From assembly GCF_000237865.1 (NCBI RefSeq), contig NC_017459.1:510001-542000 (forward strand): a stretch of 32,000 bases of DNA. The letters are read 5' to 3'. Below are positions 9,433-18,236 of the stretch, piece by piece. How positions within the stretch are numbered: position 1 is the first letter of the stretch; every line of letters begins with the position of its first letter. This DNA comes from Haloquadratum walsbyi C23 (GTDB lineage Archaea > Halobacteriota > Halobacteria > Halobacteriales > Haloferacaceae). Both the position numbers and the translations under genes were made by a program. Below the pieces are notes generated by a model. The model was not told the origin of the DNA and made no database searches. It saw only the letters and a list, made by a program, of their open reading frames with translations.

Positions 9433-10521
9433 CTATCGGAGGATTCTGAGAGAGTCAATTTCAACATTTGTCAGTGAGCCTAAAGATGATTTCGCAGGAG
9501 ACTCACCGTTTGTGGATGTCGCATTAGACGGAATTGCCTGTTCAACCGTTACGGGAACATCGCCGACATACTGTGGGAATTGAGCACGCTGAATAAATCC
9601 AGCATCGGTGAGATACTGTCCAGTCGTGTGGATATTAAAAACCGCTACTGCGGCTTTGCTCATATGTCTAATTGTTGATCCATAGTTGATGATATTACCA
9701 TTAATTGTTTGCCCACTCGGGAGTGTATACGAGACGGTTGAATACCATGAGTCAACGTATTGAGGATTACTAAGATTGATTTGATCTGGGAGATCAACAT
9801 ACGCGTAATCACGCTCTATTGCCATGTTTCGATACGTGACTGCGGCATCAATTGATCCTGTCTCAAATCGACTGATCAGTCCGGTTTCTGGATAGATATT
9901 GTTTCGATTTTTAAATGCCGGAATGAGTCGTGATGCATCATCATAATATCGCGAGGCGAGTTCCAACATAAACAATGTTCGATACCCGAGAGGATCCTGA
10001 TCCGGATCAGTGCGACCAAATCTAATCGTCTCATTTAGCAATGGTTCATACCATGCATCTGCCGCTGCAAGGCGGCGACCGCCTGCTGTGTCGGGATTGT
10101 ACGCAAGAACGATTGCGTTGCTCGTAAATATTGAATGCCATCTCGGAGAAAGGGGCTGATCAAATAATGCGGTATCAGCTACGGTGACAATATCTGGATC
10201 TCGTTGTCCATCAGCAATGAGCCGAGCAACAGTCGCAGATCCATGTGACTCAACCTGGATTGGAACTTCGAGTGATGACCTCAGTCCATTCTCAATCGCA
10301 TATTGGAGACTGCCAGCGGCAAGAATCGCAATCGTTGGTGAGGTTATCGAACTAGCCGTATCTGATGTGATCGTTTCCGACTTTACCGCAGAAGGGGTAT
10401 TCTGCGTCCCACCTGTTATTATACTGTCATCAGACGCAGTGCACCCGGCCACAGTGGTCGTCAATCCACCAGTGATCATCCCGAGAAACCCTCGTCGAGA
10501 TGTTGGTGCGTCTTGAGACAT
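9433..10521 (-). CDS. wtpA: Tungstate/molybdate-binding lipoprotein (WtpA-like periplasmic-type solute receptor)
   Basis: It has a Tat signal plus lipobox (SRRGFLGMITGGLTTTVAGC). The blocks AAGSL, HGSATVARLI...DIVTVADTAL, NAIVLAYN, WYEPL...IRFGRTDPDQDPLGYRTL...ELASRYYDD line up with my recollection of archaeal WtpA. Confidence 0.75.
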   Translation of the reverse strand: MSQDAPTSRRGFLGMITGGLTTTVAGCTASDDSIITGGTQNTPSAVKSETITSDTASSITSPTIAILAAGSLQYAIENGLRSSLEVPIQVESHGSATVARLIADGQRDPDIVTVADTALFDQPLSPRWHSIFTSNAIVLAYNPDTAGGRRLAAADAWYEPLLNETIRFGRTDPDQDPLGYRTLFMLELASRYYDDASRLIPAFKNRNNIYPETGLISRFETGSIDAAVTYRNMAIERDYAYVDLPDQINLSNPQYVDSWYSTVSYTLPSGQTINGNIINYGSTIRHMSKAAVAVFNIHTTGQYLTDAGFIQRAQFPQYVGDVPVTVEQAIPSNATSTNGESPAKSSLGSLTNVEIDSLRILR

Positions 10522-10814
10522 CGTATGATGGGGAGAAATCTGTCAGTAAAAACCTTTACGTTTTATTTTAATTGTTAGTAGATGCAGTTTCAACTATGAT
10601 AAAATATCAAATAAAAGTAACATATTAAGATATCAGTACTTACGAATATACGCAGAATCTACTTATCAATTTACATATGTTGATTATTTTATATTTATAT
10701 ATCATTCATGTTGAATCAGGGCAATCCATATGTCTACCGACGGCTAGTATCACATTTATATATACTGAGGAACGCGATATCGAAGTGATTAAACGCAAAC
10801 GTTTGGTATTTAGT

Positions 10815-10922
10815 GTAACTCGCTGGTCAGACGGGACGCCAGTGGGCACCCGATTGTTCGGGACGACATGTGGGAATACGTCATTGACGTTCCCGAATCA
10901 CAAGCGCCCGTGGTGAAAACAG
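10815..10922 (+). promoter_or_regulatory. GC-rich structured leader immediately upstream of rpl15e (candidate autoregulatory 5' UTR or small RNA)
   Basis: A ~110-nt GC-rich patch lies in an otherwise AT-rich 400-bp spacer. It contains mutually exclusive helices: CCCGA(10848-52):UCGGG(10857-61), UUCGGGA(10856-62):UCCCGAA(10890-96), and GGGA(10871-74):UCCC(10890-93) stacked on ACGUC(10877-81):GACGU(10885-89). No credible ORF is present. Confidence 0.3.
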
Positions 10923-11513
10923 ATGGCACGAAGTTTCTACTCACATATTAAAGAGGCATGGAAACAACCCGGCGATGGCAAGCTCGCCGAGTTGCAATGG
11001 CAGCGAAAACAAGAATGGCGGGACCAAGGTGCAATTGTCCGTATTGACCGTCCAACACGACTTGACAAGGCACGTGAACTTGGATATAAAGCCAAACAAG
11101 GTGTTATAATCGCACGTGTTGCTGTTCGAAAGGGTGGTGCACGGAAGAAACGGTTCACCAGCGGTCGCCGAAGTAAACGACAAGGTGTTAATCGACTTGG
11201 TCGACGAACGAGTATTCAACGCATTGCCGAAGAGCGTGCTGCACGCAAATACCCGAATCTCCGGACACTCGCGTCATATTGGGTTGGTGAAGATGGATCT
11301 CAAAAATGGCACGAAATTATTCTTATCGACCCTGAGCATGCTGCGATTGAGAATGATGATGATCTCAACTGGATTTGTGATGATACTCATAAGGGTCGTG
11401 CTTTCCGGGGACTGACAAACGCCGGTCGGTCAAACCGAGGTCTTCAAAATCGTGGGAAAGGTGCTGAGCATACTCGTCCAAGTGCCGGATCTGGTAGTCG
11501 ACGCGGGAAGTAG
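10923..11513 (+). CDS. rpl15e: 50S ribosomal protein L15e
   Basis: The 196-aa ORF is basic. MARSFYSHIKEAWKQP...RIDRPTRLDKARELGYKAKQGVIIARV.VRKGG.RK... is the L15e family signature. Confidence 0.95.
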   Translation: MARSFYSHIKEAWKQPGDGKLAELQWQRKQEWRDQGAIVRIDRPTRLDKARELGYKAKQGVIIARVAVRKGGARKKRFTSGRRSKRQGVNRLGRRTSIQRIAEERAARKYPNLRTLASYWVGEDGSQKWHEIILIDPEHAAIENDDDLNWICDDTHKGRAFRGLTNAGRSNRGLQNRGKGAEHTRPSAGSGSRRGK

Positions 11514-11581
11514 CCTTACCACGGCAGGACAATCTCATATGGACGCTCTGGTTTTTTGTTGATTGACGCATACGACTATGT

Positions 11582-12478
11582 ATGTCACCGCCGCCAGCAC
11601 CTCGACCAAATGATGGGTCTGAATCAACATCAAATTCAGACGAATCCACGAGGGTACCAGGTGGTCTATCACTTGATTCGACACAGCTCGACCGATACTC
11701 GCGACATATAATTATGGATGAGCTCGGACCGGAGGGACAGGCGCAACTATTGAATGCAGATGTTCTTATTGTCGGAGCCGGCGGGTTAGGGTCACCAGTC
11801 ATTCAGTATCTCGCAGCTGCTGGCGTTGGTACCATCGGGATCGTTGATGATGATATTGTTGAGCGAAGTAATCTTCAGCGTCAGGTCATTCACCGTGATG
11901 AGGACGTGGGGGATTCAAAGGTGGATAGTGCAGCTAGATTCATCACCGATCTCAACCCAGACATTACGGTCGTGACGCATCGGACTCGAATTGATAAACA
12001 ATCTATCAGGGAAGTTATCCCCGGATATGATATGATTGTTGATGCCTCAGATAATTTTCCTACACGATATTTATTAAATGACTTCTGTCAACTTCAAAAA
12101 ATACCAATTGCGCACGGAGCAATCTATAAATTTGAGGGACAATTAACAACTCTCATTCCTGATGGACCATGTTATCGGTGTCTATTCCCAGAAGCGCCTG
12201 AACCGGGCACGATTCCTGACTGTGCGGCAACTGGCGTCTTAGGAGCTCTTCCTGGGACAGTTGGGTGTCTACAAGCAACAGAGGCAATGAAAGTCATTTT
12301 GAATGCCGGTAATCCGCTTACTGGCAAATTAATTTTTTATGATGCACTGGAGGCAACTTTTGAGCAAATATCATATCAGCCGGATCCTACGTGCCCAGTC
12401 TGTGGTGATACACCAATTCAATCTATTGAATCAGTCGAATATACTGGAAGCTGTGAAGTGAGTGAAGTGAGTGAATGA
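11582..12478 (+). CDS. ubaA: ThiF/MoeB-type adenylyltransferase (SAMP-activating E1, UbaA-like)
   Basis: It shows LDRYSRH, a Rossmann motif VGAGGLGSP, ERSNLQRQ, DASDNFPTRYLLND, and two CxxC pairs (CYRC, CPVCG). The acidic N-terminal extension is typical of haloarchaeal UbaA/MoeB. Confidence 0.8.
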   Translation: MSPPPAPRPNDGSESTSNSDESTRVPGGLSLDSTQLDRYSRHIIMDELGPEGQAQLLNADVLIVGAGGLGSPVIQYLAAAGVGTIGIVDDDIVERSNLQRQVIHRDEDVGDSKVDSAARFITDLNPDITVVTHRTRIDKQSIREVIPGYDMIVDASDNFPTRYLLNDFCQLQKIPIAHGAIYKFEGQLTTLIPDGPCYRCLFPEAPEPGTIPDCAATGVLGALPGTVGCLQATEAMKVILNAGNPLTGKLIFYDALEATFEQISYQPDPTCPVCGDTPIQSIESVEYTGSCEVSEVSE

Positions 12479-12485
12479 GTGAGTT
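12453..12485 (+). repeat. Short tandem repeat GTGAAGTGA x2 plus degenerate copies spanning the ubaA stop codon
   Basis: The sequence gtgaagtga gtgaagtga gtgaatgagtgagt encodes the tail ...CEVSEVSE*. Confidence 0.8.
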
Positions 12486-12644
12486 GGTATGAATATCTTT
12501 GATTCACCCCACTGGATCCTTGGTTGAGACTAGGGCTAGATCAGGACTAGGACTTTGGACTCTTATGCAGATGATGACTCACTGCGTATCTGGATTACTA
12601 CAATCACGCGAAACGGTAACTCAAAACCTCAAAACAATACGCGA

Positions 12645-13601
12645 CTAAATGATCGGCAGTATCAATCCAATAGCTAAAAGAACATTTGTTGACAGAATAA
12701 ATATGACATTGTTGCGAAGCACAGCCATCGGTGGTCGCTGCTTAGGCGTCTGAATTGACCATATTACCGGGCGAAATGCGGCAACAATCCCAAGAAGCGC
12801 AAGCAAGGCTGTACGAGGGAACACATTTGAGATGACTCCAATAATAATAACGATTGGAACAGATACTGTCGCGACCGCATAGAGGCGACCACCCCATACA
12901 CGTCCGAGCCGGTGAATAAGATTTGCTCGACCACCGTATCGATCGGGGCTAATATCAGGAAACTCATTGAGCAAAAGCAAATTAAATGTTAAAATGAACG
13001 CTGGTACCGCAGCAAGCAGTTCAATAGATGAAATCTCTCCTGATTGGACAAGTGCCGCTCCAATAACAGGAAGCCCACCGAGTCCGAGTCCAGCAGCAAC
13101 CTCGCCGAGTCCAAATTTTGTCAGATATTCCGTATATGCAAGCACGCTTGCACCACCGACTATATAAATTGGAATTAATATCGGTCCGATAATCACAAGA
13201 AACCATACTCCGATAATTGCACCGACAGCCGCCGTAAGATATCCAAGTCGATAGACGGTTGTAGGGTCGATATTCCCTGCTGGGAGTGTTTTACTTCCCC
13301 CCGAGAACGGTGTGGCGTCTGTACGTTCATCAATTCCCGATTCATAATCAGCTGCCTCATTGAGCGCATTCACTGAAACATGTAATGAAATGAGCCCGAT
13401 GAGTGCAATCCCAGTTCGAACAACACTGATGAACCCAGTATTGGCAACTGATGCGGCAGCACCAAGTGCAATAAGTGTGACTGGAAGCGCTAAAAACGGC
13501 GGGCGAGAGACGCTGAGGAGTGGTCGCAATTGACCAATATACTGAGCAACGGCAGCCATACTGTTCATTAATGACCGGTGAATAAGAGCTACTCGACACA
13601 T
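12645..13601 (-). CDS. UbiA-family prenyltransferase (integral membrane)
   Basis: The protein has ~8-9 predicted TM segments. It carries the first UbiA Asp-rich motif NALNEAADYESGID and a second one, NEFPDISPDRYGGR. ATG 13568 (MNSMAAVAQ) is an alternative start. Confidence 0.8.
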   Translation of the reverse strand: MCRVALIHRSLMNSMAAVAQYIGQLRPLLSVSRPPFLALPVTLIALGAAASVANTGFISVVRTGIALIGLISLHVSVNALNEAADYESGIDERTDATPFSGGSKTLPAGNIDPTTVYRLGYLTAAVGAIIGVWFLVIIGPILIPIYIVGGASVLAYTEYLTKFGLGEVAAGLGLGGLPVIGAALVQSGEISSIELLAAVPAFILTFNLLLLNEFPDISPDRYGGRANLIHRLGRVWGGRLYAVATVSVPIVIIIGVISNVFPRTALLALLGIVAAFRPVIWSIQTPKQRPPMAVLRNNVIFILSTNVLLAIGLILPII

Positions 13602-13624
13602 CCATGTTAGAATATATCAATTTA

Positions 13625-14167
13625 TCAATCATAACTAAAACGCTGTAAAGTCGTATCATATGGTGTCCGACTTGGGTGTGCAGGATGCCCGTCAATAGTT
13701 GTAGTAATTGCATACCAGTTAACATCAAGAGCTGCCGTGATCTCGTGCCCTCGTCCATCTATCGTACCATGGATTCCCCACCCAGCAACAATCCGGTCGG
13801 ATTCATGACAGATATCTCGAAGGTACTGGTCGTTCCTTGGACCAACTGGGGCTGGATGTGATTTAATAACAGTTGGATCCGTGCTTCGTATCGCGAATAG
13901 ATTCCCGATGATCACGCGACCAAATCCCATCCCATTCGCATAAGTCATACACCGTGTTGTTGTTCGGTCATCTTTTTCGGCATCAGCCTGGCTGGGATTC
14001 ACCAATACAAACGCCATTGTCGGCGCTTTTGAGTCCCATGTACGGTCAAGTCGATATCGATACTCATTATCTTCACTCAATATCGCGTCACGCATGACAT
14101 CCGTTGGTGCTGTCGGATCCGGTCCTGCTGTGTCGTGCACATAGTATATACTGTTAATTAGATACAA
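13625..14167 (-). CDS. DUF1643 domain protein
   Basis: The core YRYRLDRTW....PTMAFVLVNPSQADAEKDDRTTTRCMTYANGMGFGRVIIGNLFAIRSTDP matches my recollection of the DUF1643 consensus. ATG 14095 (MRDAILSED) is the likelier start. Confidence 0.65.
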   Translation of the reverse strand: MYLINSIYYVHDTAGPDPTAPTDVMRDAILSEDNEYRYRLDRTWDSKAPTMAFVLVNPSQADAEKDDRTTTRCMTYANGMGFGRVIIGNLFAIRSTDPTVIKSHPAPVGPRNDQYLRDICHESDRIVAGWGIHGTIDGRGHEITAALDVNWYAITTTIDGHPAHPSRTPYDTTLQRFSYD

Positions 14168-14459
14168 TAATTCATCTATCTGATAAAGAGCAAGGAGAAT
14201 GCCCGGCGGCTTTAGATGCCTCCAGAGATCACTTCTGGTGCGCGAATAATACCAACGGTCTCACTAATGTGGGATGAATCCGACAACCCATTTCACAACC
14301 CACCATCGATGGCAAGCCCCCCGGATATTCCACCGTTCTCATCCAAAATTTAGAATAGACATGAGTATGAGAAGTTATAGTAACGTTCAGAATACTGGAA
14401 GTTCACCGGACTAACCACAGTCAGGGAGAGGACTCACTTGACCGCCACAGGTGGAACGC

Positions 14460-14790
14460 CAGCGCTGGAACATCGCTAACCACTATACCCGAGAAGTCTG
14501 GAAGGAGGCAGGTGAGATTCCCAACCACGAGGAGTTAAAAAGTGAATTGAAGGAACACAACAAATATTGAGGACTCCGCACTCAGTCCAGTCAGCGCGCT
14601 CTGGAGGAACTCGTTGAAGCTTTCAATTCGTGGCACGCCTCCGACGACAGGGACAATCCACTCGGCTATTTTAAGGAAAACTACTGCGACGATCAAAGCC
14701 GCCGTGTCCACGAAGAATACTCCCGGTCAACTGTGGCATGGAAATAGAACAATATCCGACACGACATTAGGAACAGTCGCGTGCGCACAT
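14460..14790 (+). pseudogene. tnpB N-terminal fragment with two in-frame stops
   Basis: The frame from 14460 reads QRWNIANHYTREVWKEAGEIPNHEELKSELKEHNKY*GLRTQSSQRALEELVEAFNSWHASDDRDNPLGYFKENYCDDQSRRVHEEYSRSTVAWK*NNIRHD. Stops lie at 14568-70 and 14745-47. The blocks SQ..LeeL.eAF.SW....d..NPpGY.K and PRSTV.WK match the N-terminal region of haloarchaeal IS1341-type TnpB as I recall it. Confidence 0.6.
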
Positions 14791-14851
14791 CAAAATAACG
14801 TGAACTGCTTCGGGATTAACCTCCGTGGTATCTGCCTCGTACCGCTAGTAA

Positions 14852-14886
14852 GTGAAGTACCTCGGGGTCAAGCCCCGAGGCTTCAC
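14852..14886 (+). repeat. Perfect hairpin repeat, copy 1 (CCTCGGGG-TCAAG-CCCCGAGG with GTGAAG/CTTCAC outer clamp)
   Basis: The core lies at 14860-14880 as an 8-bp perfect stem with a 5-nt loop. The flanking GTGAAG (14852-57) pairs with CTTCAC (14881-86). Confidence 0.9.
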
Positions 14887-15197
14887 CGTTTGGGGTCTGC
14901 ACAGCACCCGCAGGCGAATTTAATTCCCTCCGACCTTCTCCGTGAGGGGTCGGCTGGAATTAACACCCGAACTCCGCGAGGAGTCCGTGGAGGTCGGCGG
15001 CTTCACTCCGCCCGTTGAAACCCCCGTCGCACCACCATAGTAGCGGATTTTGAGAGGGACCACATTTCCAAACTGTCAAACCACCAGCGAAGGAAATGAG
15101 GTCTTCATTTCCATACTTTGATGGGTTGTTTCTGGTTGTTGTCATTGCATTAAACGCTAGAAATACTTAAATTTGTGGCATATAGTGACGGCATTCA

Positions 15198-15218
15198 CCC
15201 TCGGGGTCAAGCCCCGAG
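15198..15218 (+). repeat. Perfect hairpin repeat, copy 2 (identical 21-nt core)
   Basis: The core cctcggggtcaagccccgagg is identical to copy 1. Its 3' flank CACTCTGCCTGTTAATCTGTAGA resembles the flank of copy 3. Confidence 0.9.
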
Positions 15219-15621
15219 GCACTCTGCCTGTTAATCTGTAGATACTAGCTACTGACGAATCGCTTTTATCCCTTTCTTTGCACCATAATATGCCCACTCT
15301 GCACTATAACAGAATACGCATCCGCTGAATTCTGGTCTATTCTCTGTCTCGGCTGACTCTTTATCTGTACTCATATTCATTTTATTATTATTTCTACAAC
15401 GTAATGAACTGCTTGACAAATCACGACATCAGATCGAGTTTTGTATCAGTTAAGTCACGTACACATATCACCTTAGAGATAAACTCCGAGTCTCTATCCC
15501 ACTATTATTATCTCAATTCTAGCAATAAGCACAGCTATGTATATACGTGATTTCTCCGGATTGAGTCGCTATATTGGTGGAGTTGGGTAATTAAGTTGGT
15601 GTAACACCTATCAAGGTATAC

Positions 15622-15843
15622 ATGGACGGTTCGGGTGGAAATATTGCATTATCGGAGCGACAAAAAGAGGCTTGGAAACTTGTTGAGCACGAAAATATGT
15701 CATATGGAGTTGCAGCAGAGATGATGGGAATTACCAAAGATACACTCGAAAAACATTTAATCGCATGCCGCCAGAGAAAACAGGACTGGCAGCATACGAT
15801 TGAGTGGATGAATGGCAACTCATCTAATACTGAGCATGAGTAA
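15622..15843 (+). CDS. Small helix-turn-helix DNA-binding protein (sigma-70 region 4 / LuxR-like HTH)
   Basis: The 73-aa ORF contains LSERQKEAWKLVEHENMSYGVAAEMMGITKDTLEKHL, which has the spacing of a region-4/GerE-type HTH. It is acidic and lies next to IS debris. The antisense ORF 15591-15818 is Cys/Phe-rich and unlikely to be real. Confidence 0.55.
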   Translation: MDGSGGNIALSERQKEAWKLVEHENMSYGVAAEMMGITKDTLEKHLIACRQRKQDWQHTIEWMNGNSSNTEHE

Positions 15844-15857
15844 CTCAGAAGAATATA

Positions 15858-16193
15858 TTACTGCGTGTATGTTTGGAGACCGCTCATACTATCTTCATCA
15901 AAACTGAATATATCAACAAATTCGAAGAGTAATTCTCCATCTTGAACCAGCCGACCACGAACAGCAACCTCATTATTGTCGGTGTATATACTCTCTACGA
16001 CGTGAGTCGTATCAGTCACCGGACGCTCATCGCGCATGAACTGAACGAACTGTTCTCGCCCGGCAAGTGTTTGATCAGAACGCTGATGTGTAAACTCTGG
16101 TGTGAGAAGTGAGGTAAGTTTAGTATAATTATCCTGGTCAATGCTTTGATAATAGGCACGAGTAGCCTCTATTTGTCTTGAACTTAACGTCAT
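15858..16193 (-). CDS. NTF2-like (SnoaL / ketosteroid-isomerase-like) protein
   Basis: The 111-aa ORF has the pattern ...YYQSID..NY..L..LL.PEF.H......L.GRE.F..FM............V.........VAVRG.L... typical of SnoaL_2-type cone-fold proteins. Confidence 0.65.
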   Translation of the reverse strand: MTLSSRQIEATRAYYQSIDQDNYTKLTSLLTPEFTHQRSDQTLAGREQFVQFMRDERPVTDTTHVVESIYTDNNEVAVRGRLVQDGELLFEFVDIFSFDEDSMSGLQTYTQ

Positions 16194-16354
16194 TGTCCGT
16201 ATTTAGATCCCTTCTTAATGATACTATTACGCGTTTGCATCGAACTTATCAACATAATATCTTGCATATTAGCAATCATTTTGATATTGAGTTATATTCG
16301 ATATGCCGATACATCGATTATGCCACACTTAATTATCATTTATTATGGTTGATA

Positions 16355-16774
16355 CTACTCGTTGACTGTCGAGATAGCATCATCGATTACCGGGTCAGAG
16401 ATGACTTCGGCAATATCAGTCTTTGTTAGGATCCCAACCCCATCACCGTCGGCATCAGCCACTGGTAGATGACTATATCCACCCTCATGCATCTGCTCGG
16501 CAGCCGCAGCGAGTGCCACATCTGGGGAGACGGTTTCGACACCAGTCGTCATATATTCTTTGACAGTTGTCTCATCCGTCGGGACACCGTCTGCTATGAC
16601 CGATAATGCGTCTGTTGAAGTAAAGATACCCGCCGGTTGACATCCGTCACTGACAACAACAACAGATTTGATTGTCGCCTTGCGCATCGCGTCGGCAGCT
16701 TCACTTACCGATGTCTCTGCTTCTAAGGTTAACATTGGTGTCGTCATCACGTCTTTGACGCGTAATTCGGTCAT
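16355..16774 (-). CDS. CBS domain pair protein
   Basis: The 139-aa ORF has two CBS repeats (VKDVMTTPMLTLEAETSVSEAADAMRK..IKSVVVV and VKEYMTTGVETVSPDVALAAAAEQMHEGGYSHLPV.D). Confidence 0.85.
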   Translation of the reverse strand: MTELRVKDVMTTPMLTLEAETSVSEAADAMRKATIKSVVVVSDGCQPAGIFTSTDALSVIADGVPTDETTVKEYMTTGVETVSPDVALAAAAEQMHEGGYSHLPVADADGDGVGILTKTDIAEVISDPVIDDAISTVNE

Positions 16775-17126
16775 AGCCAGTGACTTGTCGCGACATATAT
16801 ATTACTTTCTACAGCGGGGCGGATTGAGCGCCCTAAGATCGTTCGGAAATCGAAGCCACTACCCCTGCTGTCATGTGATATACATTGCCCCAGACTATTG
16901 GATGAGCCACGGCATAAGTTAAGATGTCGGTGATGACAAGAGAAATCTAGAATACGACATGATCAAACTCGGTCGTGCTCATAGAAAACATCATAATTCA
17001 GCACCTGCAATCATTAATTGTCCGTCTGCAGAGAATATACGACTAAAATAACATGCACATTGACACAATTAGTCTTTTTCCCAACTATTATGTTCATAAA
17101 ACGCTCGACATTCCTGTGAATACCTA

Positions 17127-18236
17127 ATGGATGCACAAACCGTCGTGGAATTATCGGGACTGACTAAGCGGTATGGAGATGTTACTGCAGTCTATGATCT
17201 TTCTTTTTCTGTCCAACGAGGCGAATTCTTCTCAATTTTAGGTCCAAGTGGTTGTGGGAAGTCGACAACATTACGAACGATTGCTGGCTTCGAAAACGCT
17301 AGCGAGGGGACAATCAAAATCGATGGGGAAGACATTACAGGCACCCCTGCACATCAACGCGAGACTGGTATGGTTTTTCAAAATTATGCACTGTTCCCAC
17401 ACAAAAGCGTTGGTGAGAATATTGGATTTGGGCTCAAAATGGATAGTGTTCCGAAACCAGAGCGTGAAGATCGGGTAGCAGAGATGCTTGCCACCGTTGA
17501 TCTCGATGGATTTGAACAGCGAATGCCAAGTGAACTCTCTGGTGGACAACAACAACGAGTTGCATTAGCCCGCGCTTTGATCATTCAGCCTTCGGTACTC
17601 CTGCTGGATGAACCACTCGCAGCGCTTGATCTGCAACTTCGACAGAATATGCGGTTTGAACTACAACAAATCCAAGACCGACTTGATATCACAACAATTT
17701 ATGTTACACATGATCAGGAGGAGGCACTCTCAATGAGCGACCGTATCTTGGTGTTAGATGGCGGAACAGCTCAACAAATAGACACACCCCGAGAACTGTA
17801 TAATAACCCACGTAATCGGTTTGTTGCTGACTTTATTGGAGAGGCAAATATTCTCCAAACACAATTTAAATCTTCTACACATGATACTATTGAACTTGAA
17901 CCAGAATTTTCCTCAATGAATACGGTTTCACTCGAAAAAAACGGACTTGATACAAACGTATTCTCCAAAGGTGAGCAGATTTATTTGAACATTCGTCCGG
18001 AAGATATCATGATTCGTCCACCAGATGAGGATCTTACAAATGGACTCACCGCCAAGATAACAAATAAAACATTCATCGGCAAGACAACCCAGTTCGTCGC
18101 GACAGTTGGCAACAATCAAGAGATACTTGCAGAAGCCACAGGGCTAGCTGCTCAGCAATCGATTGCCACTGGTGATACGGTTTCGCTTACATGGTCACGT
18201 GATGATTGTACTATTATTGGTGAACATCGCGAATGA
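17127..18236 (+). CDS. ABC transporter ATP-binding protein, PotA/spermidine-putrescine type with C-terminal TOBE domain
   Basis: Walker [10 protein letters not shown], signature [15 protein letters not shown], Walker [12 protein letters not shown] and H-loop VTHDQ are present, with a C-terminal TOBE-like ~120 aa. It overlaps the next gene by 4 nt. Confidence 0.88.
   Translation: MDAQTVVELSGLTKRYGDVTAVYDLSFSVQRGEFFSILGPSGCGKSTTLRTIAGFENASEGTIKIDGEDITGTPAHQRETGMVFQNYALFPHKSVGENIGFGLKMDSVPKPEREDRVAEMLATVDLDGFEQRMPSELSGGQQQRVALARALIIQPSVLLLDEPLAALDLQLRQNMRFELQQIQDRLDITTIYVTHDQEEALSMSDRILVLDGGTAQQIDTPRELYNNPRNRFVADFIGEANILQTQFKSSTHDTIELEPEFSSMNTVSLEKNGLDTNVFSKGEQIYLNIRPEDIMIRPPDEDLTNGLTAKITNKTFIGKTTQFVATVGNNQEILAEATGLAAQQSIATGDTVSLTWSRDDCTIIGEHRE

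Larger units (their letters stand above)
14380..15060 (+). mobile_element. Internally deleted, MITE-like IS200/IS605-family (IS1341-like) element: tnpB 5' fragment fused to the structured 3' end
   Basis: The 5' part encodes a TnpB N-terminal region with in-frame stops (next feature). The 3' part (14850-15050) carries these stem-loops:
- GUGAAG-UA-CCUCGGGG-UCAAG-CCCCGAGG-CUUCAC (14852-86)
- AAUUCC/GGAAUU (14922-27/14956-61) enclosing CCGACC/GGUCGG (14930-35/14948-53)
- ACUCC-GCGA-GGAGU (14971-84)
- GGCGG-CUUCACU-CCGCC (14996-15012)

The 3' part ends with a ...FTPPVETPVAPP*-type tail. The element ends are approximate. Confidence 0.55.

Noticed and set aside
10677-10916. 79-aa ORF upstream of rpl15e.
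   Set aside because: It starts in extremely AT-rich DNA and has implausible composition (LIILYLYIIHV…). Its 3' half is the GC-rich structured segment, which is better interpreted as RNA.
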